The translations under genes and the position numbers were made by a program. Below the pieces are notes generated by a model. The model was not told the DNA's origin and ran no database searches. It worked only from the letters and a program-made list of their open reading frames with translations. A stretch of DNA of 57,802 bases, filler included, from Sphacelaria rigidula (lineage: Eukaryota), in the NCBI GenBank assembly GCA_964200075.2. It is 5 parts of 5 records of this genome, joined end to end, with 100 filler letters (N's around TTAATTAATTAA, not from the genome) between each part and the next. Parts side by side here need not be neighbours in the genome. Positions count along the whole stretch, not along the records: positions 11,583 to 23,064 come from CAXNAA020004876.1; positions 23,165 to 34,646 come from CAXNAA020004877.1; 3 more parts are not named here. One strand, written 5' to 3'. Positions 11,583 to 23,914 of the stretch are shown here, piece after piece (the stretch's first letter is position 1; the number at the start of each line of letters is the position of its first letter).

Positions 11583-14361
11583 CATTTGTCTTGAATTTAG
11601 GTCAGGGAAAGCACTGCTTTTGAGTTGAACCTCATTTTTTTCAACCCCATTTTCGAGAATCGGCTGTTGATTGTTATGGATAGTTACTATATCCCCTTCG
11701 TTCCGGGAGGAGAAATGGACGGGGGGTGTACGGTATGCACCTTGTTGATTGTCCACCTCCTTCCCTTATTCTTGACCACGCACACGGCAACGAACGAGAC
11801 AAGAACAAGTCAGTAGCCCGCTTGTCATCCACCAAACAGTACGGTATCGCCCGTACCGTGTACGGCGCGGTGCTGTTCCCATCTGATCCAATCATCACAT
11901 GCCTCCTTGTGTACCTCACCACGACAAGGAACAGCGGTAATCCACTGACGTATTTGGTGATCGAGATAGATATGATATGATATGAGACAGGTACCGTCCA
12001 CGGGTGGGTACCGCTGCCGAAGCGTCTTCCCGCCACGACGGGGAAAACCGCGTTTCAAGGTGACGGGCTTACACAACGCCGTGCTCCCTTCTTCAGAGCG
12101 GGAAGATCAAGCTTGGGCAAGCAATAACAGCGGCAGCCAGCGAAGAAATAGTTCAACATCTTCCTTGCCTTCTGATCGTGAACTCGTATTTTTGCATCTC
12201 AACCATAGTGCACTCCCCATACACATTGAACGCCTGCCGCCGTTTACTTGGGAAACTCATGAAATAGATGAAAAAAATAAGAATGCTAGACAAGACAACA
12301 CATCAAGTAACCCACTACCGTTAACACACAGCACTGATCAACCACCAAAAACAACACATGAACGAGAGCACAGAATTGCTCTACATTCCATGCGCACACC
12401 ATTTGAGCAACCGTGACGCAGGTCCATGTGCTTGTATGGATATATATATATATATATGCATGTATATATGTATATGGCCATCGAAGGTAAAGACCTTCTC
12501 CTGCTCACCGCCCCATGAGCCACCACAACACAAGAACACCGTGACATAAACCACTTGTGTACAACAGCACACGCGGAGCCCGCATAACTACACATGTCGC
12601 GTGACACCGACCGAGTATCATCAACTCCGCCCCCTCATCAGCAGCAGAAAATTCAAAAGGCAAGAAGCCCTTGAACGCTAGACTCGTGCAACAACTTTCA
12701 AAACTTCTGGCAAGCCAAACCAGCATCGCAGGGAGTGAACATCTGCCCCATCGACATCCCCATCACATGTAGGCCGATCAACACGCACGCCGGGGCCGCC
12801 ACGAGTCAGATCTTCGACCGAGTGCCGCGCACTTGTTCACGTGGGGTCGAAAGAGGGCTACTGTAGAGGCGGGGACATCCATCCATGCGTCTCTCATCTC
12901 ATCCCACTAATCTCAACTCGTTCGCCCACGCACCAGAACGACTTATCGAAATGACCTACCTCATCACATATGGAAAGAAGATTTTCACAATAACTTGCTT
13001 GTTGGCATGACGAACCCAACACAGGAATTCCCCTAGTTCACTTTGCGGCATCATATGTATGTGTACACATAAAGTCATGATGGTAACCTAAGCCCGGTGA
13101 AAAACGAACACGGAATATCCGGGAACGTTTTATTGCGGCGAACCGAGCGCTCATCACCACCTTCCACAGACAGGCCGCGACAAACAGCACACTAGGTAAC
13201 AACATAATGAATTTATTCAGCAGATCGAAGTCACCACGTATCCAACACATAACGGACACCACCCTCGAAACACGTAGGCAAACCAAGCGACTCCACGGCA
13301 TCCAGTCGGCTGCAAAATATAAGAAGAGCGCAACACCCATATGCACGTGGTGACACAAGCGCTCTGGAGGAGGCACGAGGCGCCATGACGATCGAAAGAC
13401 ACACCACCGGTAGTGGAAAATAACGCATAATCCACGCTCAACATACATATATAGATATGTGAAGATATAGATATAAGAATGGAATAAAATAAAAACACTG
13501 GCAAGAGAGTCCGATCAGCCCAAGTCGACGCCGAAACCAAGAAACAACTACAAACACCCACTCCACTCCGATTATGCTTCATTCGCCATGATTCGTGCGG
13601 AATCGCAGGTGCGGGAAGGCGATTCTTGCATGTCCTCACCGGACGATAGTCGCATCGTAAATTTCATCACCACTCGAATTTTATAAGTGGCCAATACACG
13701 ATACCCAGGACGAACCGCTCCGCCGCGCGGTACCACCTTTCAGCAACAGCTGTGCTCCTTCCTCCTCTCAAGCCAACTTCCGTACCGCACACCCTCACAC
13801 CAAAAAAACGTCCTTTGCCTCGGTGTGTACCGCCAACACATCCCACCACGCTCTGGTGTGACTGGCCCGGGGCACGTTGATCAGCTCCCGAATACATCGC
13901 ACGCACGATTCAGAGAAAAGAGGCTACCTTACCCATGCGTTACGCTATAATGCTAAAAGCTGCTAAAGCTAACACTGCAAAACGTACGCGAGCTGTTATG
14001 CTGAGCTAATGACCTTACACTGCGTGCGTACGTCTTGCTCGAGTTCAAAATCGTGAGTATCCTACAGAGGGATAAATTTATGACTATCGTAGCACACCAC
14101 TCAGTTACTGGCTGACACCACAGAATCAGAATTGCCACGTAACCTGAAAATGTAAGAATATGTAAGAATATATATCAAAGCAATGTTAGATTTCATTCGA
14201 CGCAAGTTCCGGTCCGGTCCGATCCTCTCCGTCGCCGTCTGTCTCGCATTGGCTGCCATGTGTCTCCAAGTATTCCCCAGGAAGACGGAAGCGAACAAAA
14301 AAAAACGGTCACTCCTCAATGTGCCGCAATGTCGCCCTAGAACAAAGCACTACCCACTATC

Positions 14362-14515
14362 CTACCAGGTAGGATTGCGGAAGCAGCTGGTATCGATGGG
14401 AGCGCCTTCACCGATCGCACCGACCTCGTTAGTGTTGAACCACGAGTACCATCTGTAGTCCGCCTTCTTTGAGTTGGCCGTGAACTTCTCAGAGAACTTT
14501 TCCTTGGGAGTTTTC
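14362..14515 (-). CDS. YHS-domain gene exon 3 (KTPKEKF...KADYRW...DTSCFRNPTW*)
   Basis: Acceptor ttgcag; phase matches exon 2; ends at TAG. Confidence 0.82.
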
Positions 14516-17500
14516 CTGCAACCATCGAGATTCAGAGTTTGCGTAGGTGACCGTGAACGCACCACAAGCGGGAGGGGCGGGCATGAGGTTCCGCGCAGTG
14601 GACATCTCGGCAACGTCGCAGGGCAAGTGAGGGGGGCGACCCGGCTTCGGAATCAGCAAACAAATACGGTCTCGACAGCGTACTTCAGGGACAGACCTAG
14701 GGGAACCTAGCAGAAACCTCGTTGAGCTGGTTTCAGTTCATTCCGCTCTGCCTGCAACGGAGGGGCGCCATAAACGGTACATACCACGCTTCCTGTCAAT
14801 TTCGGTTCTTGTTCGTGACGCTCGTGACTTCCTAGTTGTTACTTCGACTACGGATACGTTAGTACGAACGCTCTCACTTGGATGTCAATGATGTTCAAAC
14901 GCTTCCATCCCCAACCCCTTACTCACGTGCAGTAGTATATCGTGAACTCTCATGCTGACCCTTTTGGAACCATTGACGGGAAAAAGATTCTTCACACTCG
15001 ACAAAGTTATCTTGGGCAGTAGATATTTCTTCTGCACCCATTGATGATGCAGCTCACCAGAACGATGCACCACACAAAGTTCAAGTATACTGAAGTGACA
15101 TTTTCCCGGTGACGAAAGCTTGCCCATGGAAGTTCTTTCTGTTTTTCGCGAGTTCCCAAAGAGTTACCGCTCATCATATTTTTATCAAATCACCTAGGCC
15201 TCACATGTGGTAATTCATGTCAAGGGTCATTTGCGTCACTCAAGGGTCACAAGCGTCGAAAATTGTAATTGATCCGCCTCATGCTTTCACCGAAATCAGA
15301 CGGGATAAACTTTCGGATTTTACTAGTGACCTCGACTCGACTTACATCCACCTGCCCCCTCTTGGGAAAATCAAGGCAATTACTCTTCATACTCACGATG
15401 CGCTTCATCCAACGGCATCCACACAAGACACCGCCCAAGAGGAACCCGCGATCAACAGCTGTGCTGCCGATGTCTCACTTGTACATTTTTTTCTAGAAGA
15501 AGTTGCAAATAAGATTCAACAATAAAAGAAGCGAAATTGTTCTATTTCACGCGATGCGATCGCCGCAGATCACTACAAGATGACGTACCCGCGGAAGAGG
15601 TGGAGTACGTCGTCATCGCCGATCGCCCAGATATCAAGGTCGGGCCCTGGTCCCAAGTTGTAAGACTCCCATTGCTCCTCCATCGCGATTGCCCACGAGC
15701 AGAATCCTCCGTAGGCTGGCATGTATTTTGCTGGATCGGCCTGAACATCAATCATTATCAACGAGTGGACGATTGTGGAGAGGGCGGGGGGCGGAAGTGA
15801 TGGGGGTGTGAAGTTTGATGTTGCAGGTCATGAAATTGCTCGAATCAGCTTTGAACGTACTATTCGAGACGTTCTACTGCAGTTACAGCTTGATTGCAAC
15901 ACGCCTCCATCTCCAGCGAGCGACATTTATTATAGCTTGTCGGCTAACAATAGCTCAAGAGGCGAAACGCACGTGGTCACAAAACGACAGTTAACATGAA
16001 CAAGCCTTCCGGGTCCAACCAAGACAACCTGCATCAGCGACTTGACCTGGAAGAAGCAGTTCCATTGAGAGATACGCCTGTGTAGATCCTCAAAATATAA
16101 ATAAATCAGGGTGTGTCCTGTCGTTCAAGACGACAACTAATCGGATCTCAATACCCACGGATAAACTACTGGACGATTTCGGACATTCCTGAGCACCTTA
16201 CCTCCACAGCCCATTTCGTCGCGATATTTGGTGCCCAACAAGGGGTGATGTGTTCGCCGTATCTGCTATGCCTCAAGTTGTATTCATCTCTCGCACTCTC
16301 TCTACTCGTACCCCATGCTAGTTGGTTTGTTGGGCTTTTTGATTATGGGGGGAAGGGGCGTTTCGTCGCTCACGAGCTTTTTGTGATGATTGTCGACCTC
16401 TGCTGCTTAGTGGTGTCTTGACATCATTTAGTGATGCATGTACATGTCTGGAGTGGGAGTACGGTGCACTTGCTGAAGTTTGATTTTGGGGACAGGACAG
16501 TCGGAGGCTTGGAAAATTATCGCCATTTTGTGGATCATTCTGGAAGGATCGGCAGCAAGCGCAGAAAATCTATTTTTCGTGACACGAAAACCCTTTTGAT
16601 TCATCAAGTGAGTCACAGCTACAGCCCTCATGGATAATGGCAGCAAAGTCGTGCAGAGCTTGTGGAATACGAAACCACCCACGGTACAGGTATCAAAAGC
16701 ACTTTCCTCGGACGAAACACGTCTTGCGAGAGCCAAGACGGCCACTTTCCCCAGAAAAAAACAGGGGCAAGGATCGGGTTGGGTACACTGGTATGCTCCC
16801 ATTACTCACGACTTGAGCAAATTTAAATGCACTTAGCGGTAAAGTTCAGGTATGGGTAGGCAAGGACTCGTGTTCCTCCACGTATGTTCGAACAAGTCAA
16901 CCCCCCCTACCTCCCCCCCGCCGTGTGGAGCAACGTCCACGTATGATCACGGTACGATAGTCCCGCGGTACACCTCCGAACCGACGAGCTCATCAGTGCT
17001 TAAATACAAGGTCATCCCAGGGAAAGCCATATTCCCTGCGTGCTGAAACCGGATCGATCGTGAGGCAAAGGTTGCAGGCCATCCGTTACCTGGCAACTCC
17101 ATTTTTCTACATTTGCATGAGCTTCAAACGGGGGAGTGCTCTCCTGATTTTTTTCAAAAAGCACCAGCCGGCACCAACCGGGGCGACGAGGAGAGGAAGG
17201 CAGGGGCGGGTAGGGGGGGATTCCGGAACATGTGCTGCTCCATAAACCGTGACAGATACATGTTCGGTGAAATGCCCTGATTTTTGTTGCCGAAGAACTT
17301 TCGTGAGGGACATTTTTCAGCACTGGTTGAAGTGATTATGGTCCATCAGTGTTCTTACGTTGCACACCCACACGAAAGTCATCGTGCATTACGATCACAC
17401 GAAAATTCCAGGGCCCGTGAATGCGCATTTAGGAAATAGAGGAACAGTTCAGTATCGATCGGAGCTAATACGGGATGATAATGCTCCGCACTGCGGGATA

Positions 17501-20500
17501 GTATCCCGTTCTCGCGGGATGATGTTGGCTAAATTTATCCCAAAACATGCCTTCATGGCTGTAGCGCGGTGAATAAAATAGGAAACGTGAAAATCCAAGC
17601 AGAATGGTCCATCATGACGACCAGGCCTGGTTCGATCGGGCTTACATATCCGTCACAGAAAAAGAACCTGGAGCAGTATATTCGTAGGACCCCCATCGAA
17701 TGGTTAGTCAGAAGGTCCCCCAAAACCCAATCGCGGACGTGCCCCACACACTCCCACTATGAAGCACTGTAACTTCTCGTACGTTTGTGTCCATGGCACA
17801 CACATGGATGACTCAGGTCCGCGCATGTCGCTCAACACCACGACCAACTTAGACCTCAACTAAAGGCAACACCAGCAATCGATTCTTCCCTCGCTGCTTA
17901 CTCCTCGGTGTACGTACCCACTGCCCGACAACAAATAAATCCCGCAGACCGATACGTATCATTGGCCAAGGAAACAAATATTGAAATGTAAAACATGCTT
18001 TCATCCATGCCGATTAGTACAGTAGAACACCACAAAACAGAAGTTCATGCTTCATTTGCCCGTCAATCTTCGAACCTGTGCCTGCCCCAACGCTATGCGA
18101 TAACCCAGGAGTGAACGCGGGAAGCCAATACGGTGCTGACTCATGAAAATGTGGTTGAGAATTGGTTGATATCACAGAATATGAAGAGACCTGTGGAGGG
18201 CTGGTGCGGTATTCAGCACTGACAGCGTGGCCAGAGTTCTCACTTCCACACGTGCCTTTTACACCGGCGTCGAAACACCGAACGAAGTACATTTTTTAGT
18301 GATCGGTTGATCGCCGCTCTTGTACCACAGTCTGTCTTGACCACAAGATATCGACACAAGATTATTTTGACTGCGCGATTGCACATACATTTCAAGTGTT
18401 CAGTGTCGATCAAATAAGTTGAGTGATTACATGAATGCGCGATATCAGATTCCTCATTCAAGCGAACAAAGCGGTCATGGTCTCTCCGTATCATCCGCGT
18501 TCCCCTACATTTCATCTGCGTTCTCGCCCTTCGCGGGAGCGGCGCTCAGAAAGATCTCGGGGCAAAGAGGCTTAGGTCTAACCGGGTTCATCATTCCGTC
18601 ACTGACTCTTTTTGCCGACACCGTCAGGTATCGTTTCGACTGACGGATGAAAATAGTTATTGTGGGACCACGAGTATCGGTCGGCTTTTTCTCATGTGTC
18701 AGGATATAACCCGGAACATCTCTCCCGAGCCCAGCACACCGCATGATACATAATGTACGCACTGTATGCGCGTACGAATGGATTACATCGCTGCAAAATA
18801 TAAGAGTATCCCTCGTGGGTAATAACATGACGTTCGATAACGTGAATTTCCTCGAGACAGATCATGATGCTTGACAGCTGTTGCGTTCGTTCCTATATGG
18901 CCGAGGTGACGTCGCCGTCGTAATCAGCAAAAGTTGAGGCAACACATCAACCAACAGTCAGCCCGTGTGGGAAACACAACATATTGCCGAGAGTTTGGGG
19001 AGACCTGTGCACAGGCGGCGCGTAGAGTACTAAAAAAATCGGCAAAATATGTGCGCGCACATGTCTACATCCTTTGACATGAGCGCGGGGCAAGGTCCAA
19101 GACACAAGTTCAAACCACATGTGTTTCGTGTACATCGTACGGCAGGACACCCTCATAACATCATCGCTGCGGACAGCATCTTGAAGCGTGTCAAGCATCG
19201 CCGCGTTTCGTACGACTTCGACGAGGTTAATCCGCAATGGTTGGTGGAGAGCATCCGCACTGGCTTTCCTGACAATATCGTTGTGTCATGAAGGTCACGG
19301 GTGCGCTGCGTTCGACCAACATTCGCCAACTTGTGTTGCAAGCGAAATCACTCAAAGGCTACTGCGCTGCACTCTTGCTGCAGAGTGTAAGGGGGGATAA
19401 CATGGACTATGAATATCAGTTGTGTGCGTCAACTGACATCATTACTCCGAGGCTCAGATGATTTGGTTCCCAGGACCCGAAACTTTACGTTCGTTCGGAA
19501 AAGGAATCGAAACTTGGGGATGAGGGGGTTGTTCCGACTATAGCACATGATTTCGATGCAGCCCGTTAGCGACGTCGTTACATAACGGGTACTGCCTGAA
19601 GGGGATCTAGGGTAGCTGCCAGCACACTGTACATAGAGTGGCGACGTCAACAAGCCACTATCAACACATGATGGCGATGGGCCAGCAATTGTATTTGGAA
19701 TACAAGTGGTCAGTCTGCCTCAAAACCGCCAGATCAGCCCGAACGAGAGAATGTGGTGCCTTCACAGGTCGGGAACAATGAACGCTCTGTTTAAAGAATT
19801 CGGTGGATGGCATCTGTGGGTGGGCTCGAGTGTACAGGACTCTACTCATGAATAGTGACGTCTCTACAGGCGGCAAAATAAGACCCACCGTCATGTACCG
19901 AGTAGCAACAGGCGGGGTGCACAGTCCCTCAAAACCGTGCAACATAATGGAGCAGTACTTGTTTTGCTCAGGATACACGATTGTAGTTCAACACTACCAG
20001 ATACCAGGCCATCACAAATGGCGCGGACGGAACGAACGGCTGATTTGTTCCGTCTTCAGCGGCTAGAAGAGCTAATCGAAACATTTTGTCCGAAGAAATA
20101 CCGGTTGGCATCTGTGCGTCTGAGTGTTCTGGTATTTATGCTCGCGGTCACCTGCCAACACTCGATAAAACAAGATGCTATGAATACCATAGCCTAGCTC
20201 AGTCCATCCTCAACGACGCACCAGTACACGAGTAAAACTGTCAAGGCATGTACGAGCTAACGCATTAAAATGTGGAATGACTATTAACAGAACGGCCACC
20301 GCAACATCATCATTAATTATGATGTTCTTGGTCACGCATTGGGTGTGCAGGAGGGGAGTACAGGAGAGGAGGAAAAGATGAAAGAGTCCCGGCAAGCCGG
20401 GAACGCTTTCCTTTCGGTCACTGATACCGTGCCGTTGGTAACCATCGAGAAAAAGAATTGACATCCAGTCAGGTAACCATTGCGTGACGCGACCGGTCAA

Positions 20501-21122
20501 AATCCTATATGACACTCTCTGTAAAGTGGTATTTCCGTTCTTTGTTTCAGGTGTTCATGTATATCCTACAAAAGCGAAGGAATTACAAGTAGCCTCTCTT
20601 GCCGTGTCGAATCGATCAACGCAATCAAAGCCAAGCCGTACCCACCGCGAACAGCTCCTTGTTCTCCTCGCTCGAAAACCAGAAGGTGTAGCCGTTGTAC
20701 ATTATATCATGATGCCCCGAGCCGTATACGGCGGGTGAATCTGGCTCCAGCGAGTGATACGCAACGAGATCGACTCCCTGGAGAACTGGCAGCGTGGTCT
20801 CTCCGGTGCAAATGTATGTATCATGGGGGTTGGTATCTTCTCCTTTGTGATCGTCCGCGGTCACTCCCAGATTCGCCACTTGCTGCTGGCGCGCAATGCT
20901 GGCGAGCGCCGTGGCCTGCCCCTTCGCGTAGTAAAATTTAGCCGTACCCGTCGAGACAGCGAGGAAACCCACCGCCGCAAGGATGGAGACAAGCCAAACG
21001 CGACGCGTGCTGCCGCCGGTGCCGACAGTGGTTCGCGATTGCTGTGTGTTACTGTGCAGCAATCGGTCGCTAGGCGAGCTCTGGTAGTACGGTCCGCGGG
21101 TGTCGTGCACAGGGTCCTCCAT
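14362..21122 (-). CDS. Membrane-anchored YHS domain-containing (seleno)protein-family protein, Cys form, 260 aa: complement(join(14362-14515,15589-15740,20646-21122))
   Basis: ATG at 21122 and TAG at 14362-14364. The GT-AG introns have matching phases (0 and 2) and the CDS is 783 nt. The protein has a hydrophobic helix (aa ~42-58) followed by VLQGVDLVAY..AVYGS..YNGYTFWFSSEENKELFAADPAKYMPAYGGFCSW..W.I.DD.LHLF..KADYRW, the YHS (seleno)protein pattern. Confidence 0.88.
15589..15740 (-). CDS. YHS-domain gene exon 2 (ADPAKYMPAYGGFCSWAIA...)
   Basis: Acceptor gttcag, donor GG|gtacgt; carries the YGGFC motif (TGC codon at 15699-15701). Confidence 0.9.
16630..18640 (+). mobile_element. Highly decayed hAT-like transposase remnant in intron 1 of the YHS gene
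   Basis: Collinear frameshifted pieces: BED-like WVHWY...KFKC, RRTFVRDIF, D-CWLNLSQ-HAFMAV and AEWSIMTTRPGSIGLTYPSQKKNLEQYIRRTPIEW. These resemble the hAT D-W / HT..NL...I..L.EW core. Confidence 0.4.
20646..21122 (-). CDS. YHS-domain gene exon 1 (N-terminus, TM helix, first half of YHS domain)
   Basis: 477-nt open frame ending GCG|gtgggt donor. Confidence 0.88.
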
Positions 21123-22204
21123 CGTCGATTACGTGCTTGATTGAGGTTTACAGTACGCAATCAGGGCACCGGGTTGTTATGAGTAGGGGGTGGAGAGCTA
21201 CTGCTGAGGGGGAAGGGCGTCGTGTGTTGATGAGGTCGTGCTGGTCTTTGGCCTGCTGCGTGCGGCTACGACGAACAGAGACAAAAGATGTTGTGTGACG
21301 GTGTGTTTGGTGTTTCCGATTGCCGGCGTGCCAGTAACTTTTTGTTTTTTTTTACCCGCAGTAAATGACCGACTTTCGGGTAGACAAGAGCCCAGAAGGA
21401 AAAAGCGTGATCATTTGCCACCTGCAAGTACCAGCACATTTTTTGCGTGATCAGAGAGGCGTTTTGGTGTGTTGTAGAAAATTGAGGAGTGGAAAACTGT
21501 GACAACAAGAAATTACTGACGGTGCGACATTGGGGCTCCACAGGGTCCTACTAGTTCCATTCGTTCTTCGACTAAAATCAAGGCAGCCCCGCCTGAGGGG
21601 GCTGGGCTCCTGCAACTTGCGCGGGACGAACGGGGTAATTAAGAAGAAATGCATACAATGCGAGGGTGGAGGACGAGGTCACCGTCCGAGGTCGCACAAA
21701 TAAGGCCTTGACACACACTGATGAGCCTAGCGTAATTCGATCGAATCAGTGCAAACAAGTTCCGCGTGCCCGTTGAAGATTCGCTGTTGCAACGATAATT
21801 TGGATGTTCAGATCAAGTTTTCGGAGAGAAAAAATAATATGCCTTTTTGTCATGGTTGACCTATGATGGATGCAACTGTACCCGTACGGCCTAACTCGGA
21901 CGCCAACGCTATATTGAACGAGGGCTACGGGATAACCACATGGTGTCCCAGGCACAGTATGTGTTGGTAGAGCTCAAATCGACTTCGACATCGCCAGCTC
22001 AGGTCGGCGCAAATTTGAGCAAAAACACGTGCTGCGCGCGGTGGAAGCACTCGGTACTGCCATCCCTTCAAATATCAGACCCTGATGATCACGGATGAAA
22101 AAAAGTTCTATCAACCATGATTATTTACCGACCGAGTGACAGCCACATTTCTCTTAGGCAGGGTCTTATAAAATGTATTATAGGATGTGTAAGGCGGGGT
22201 CTTA

Positions 22205-22820
22205 TTAGAAGTGATCATCATTTTTCGATGAAATCATTTTTGTAGAAAACGACCGATGAATGATTGCTGCGATACTCGTACCGTCCCCCGCAAAATAGAA
22301 GAAGTGCAGCAGGATGAACGATATCTTCTGTAAGATGACATTCTGATCGCCGTATCTCCCGCAAAATAAAACGAAGTCCGCTAATATTTTCTTGTACGTT
22401 TGTGGTATCAACTACGAGCGCGTATCACAGAAAATTGAGGATTTTCACGGAATATTGAGGGTCCGAGATAGAAGAGCAAAACACATTTTTTGGACATTTC
22501 CACCCACACGCGTTTGCGCGGAAATGTCCAAAATACGGTTTTAGCTTCAAGACCCTGAGAATTATGCAAATTTCCTCAATTTTTTGTGACGTGCTCGTAG
22601 TTGGACCACAAACGTACTGAAGAAAATTTGGTGGACGTCGTTTTGTTTTGCGGGAGATATGGCGCTAATTGTCAGAATCGCATCCTACAGATATCGGTCA
22701 CCCTACACTTCTGTCACACTGTACTGTTTTTCGCAAACTGCTTGTTGATGAGACTCAGCACTGGTCGTGGTGGGGACAATCACTTCTCCAAAAGCGACTT
22801 TTTGAAAAGTGATGTCACTC
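22205..22820. repeat. Long imperfect inverted repeat (foldback), centre near 22510
   Basis: Arms of about 250-300 bp are reverse complements. The mirror ORFs 22205-22411(-) and 22601-22918(+) both read VLFCGRYG. Confidence 0.8.
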
Positions 22821-23064
22821 CTGGTGAGACGCCGCCTGATTACGAGCTAGGCCGGTCTATACGACGTACGCAAATTCTATTCGTGGTTTGCAGTATTCTT
22901 TCTCCGTGCCAAATTTGAAGGTCCAACTCCCAAAATTGGGGGGGGGGGGAGACCGGACGATTTAGAAACCAGGCTGGACGAAATCCGGAACAGTTTTCAA
23001 CAGCCAATCATCTATGTTGAGGATGGTGCTATTGATTGAGGATGAGAACCCGGAGGATTAAAAT

Positions 23065-23164
23065 NNNNNNNNNNNNNNNNNNNNNNNNNNNNNNNNNNNN
23101 NNNNNNNNTTAATTAATTAANNNNNNNNNNNNNNNNNNNNNNNNNNNNNNNNNNNNNNNNNNNN
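23065..23164. other. Artificial contig-joining spacer
   Basis: Identical 100-nt N/TTAATTAATTAA/N linker. Confidence 0.98.
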
Positions 23165-23869
23165 TACCCCCCCCCCATCGTAGGATGACTCGGAAGCAGT
23201 GTGTCTATGCGACCGCCGGGTCGAAGCGTGACCCCGATGCCGAGCGGTCAGTGTACGAGTTCCAGTTCCAGAAGTTCCGCAACGTGAGGGCAGCGGAACA
23301 CTGTGGATGTTTAAGCATGGTTTCCGATCTGTCGGATAGAAGTAAAAGGCCACGCAGCAGGACCTGCGTGCTGCACTGAACGCCGCCCGCGCTGTCGCAA
23401 AGCCTTTGCGGCAACAGACCAGCGAGGGCGGCGGCAGTGTCGCGGGTGGGAGTAGGGATCTGATCGCCCGTGCGAACGCAGATCTCGTAGTATGAAAGTT
23501 GACAGAGATGTCGTTCGCCAACCTCACGGTTGCACAGCTGAGAGACCATTAAAAAAACGTAGGCGACAGTCTCAAGGGGGAGAGCAAGGTAGCCGACATG
23601 AGCCTGCAAGCGCAGTTGAAGTACTTGGTACCGGGCATCATATCCAGCGAGGACGAAACTCACACATTGGAGGAGGCTCCTCGTGTACGATCAAAAGGGT
23701 AGGCGGGTGAACATCTGCGATTGCGCGATAACTTGTGGCGATAAGGTATACATATATCGCGTCGACACGATGGGCCGCCACGATGAATGGACGCATGGCC
23801 ACCGTCCTGTTGTAATGCGTGAGAGGACCGCGTGCTTGGAGGGCCGCATCTTAATTTGAACATTCCTAT

Positions 23870-23914
23870 GGTTAGGGTTAGGGTTAGGGTTAGTGTTGGG
23901 GTTAGGGTCAGGGG
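23870..23914 (+). repeat. Interstitial telomeric repeat (TTAGGG)n, about 7 units, partly degenerate
   Basis: ggttagggttagggttagggttagtgttggggttagggtcagggg. Confidence 0.85.

Noticed and set aside
13900..14361. SECIS element downstream of the YHS gene
   Set aside because: The CDS has no in-frame TGA, and I saw no convincing ATGA/AA/GA kink-turn stem by eye.
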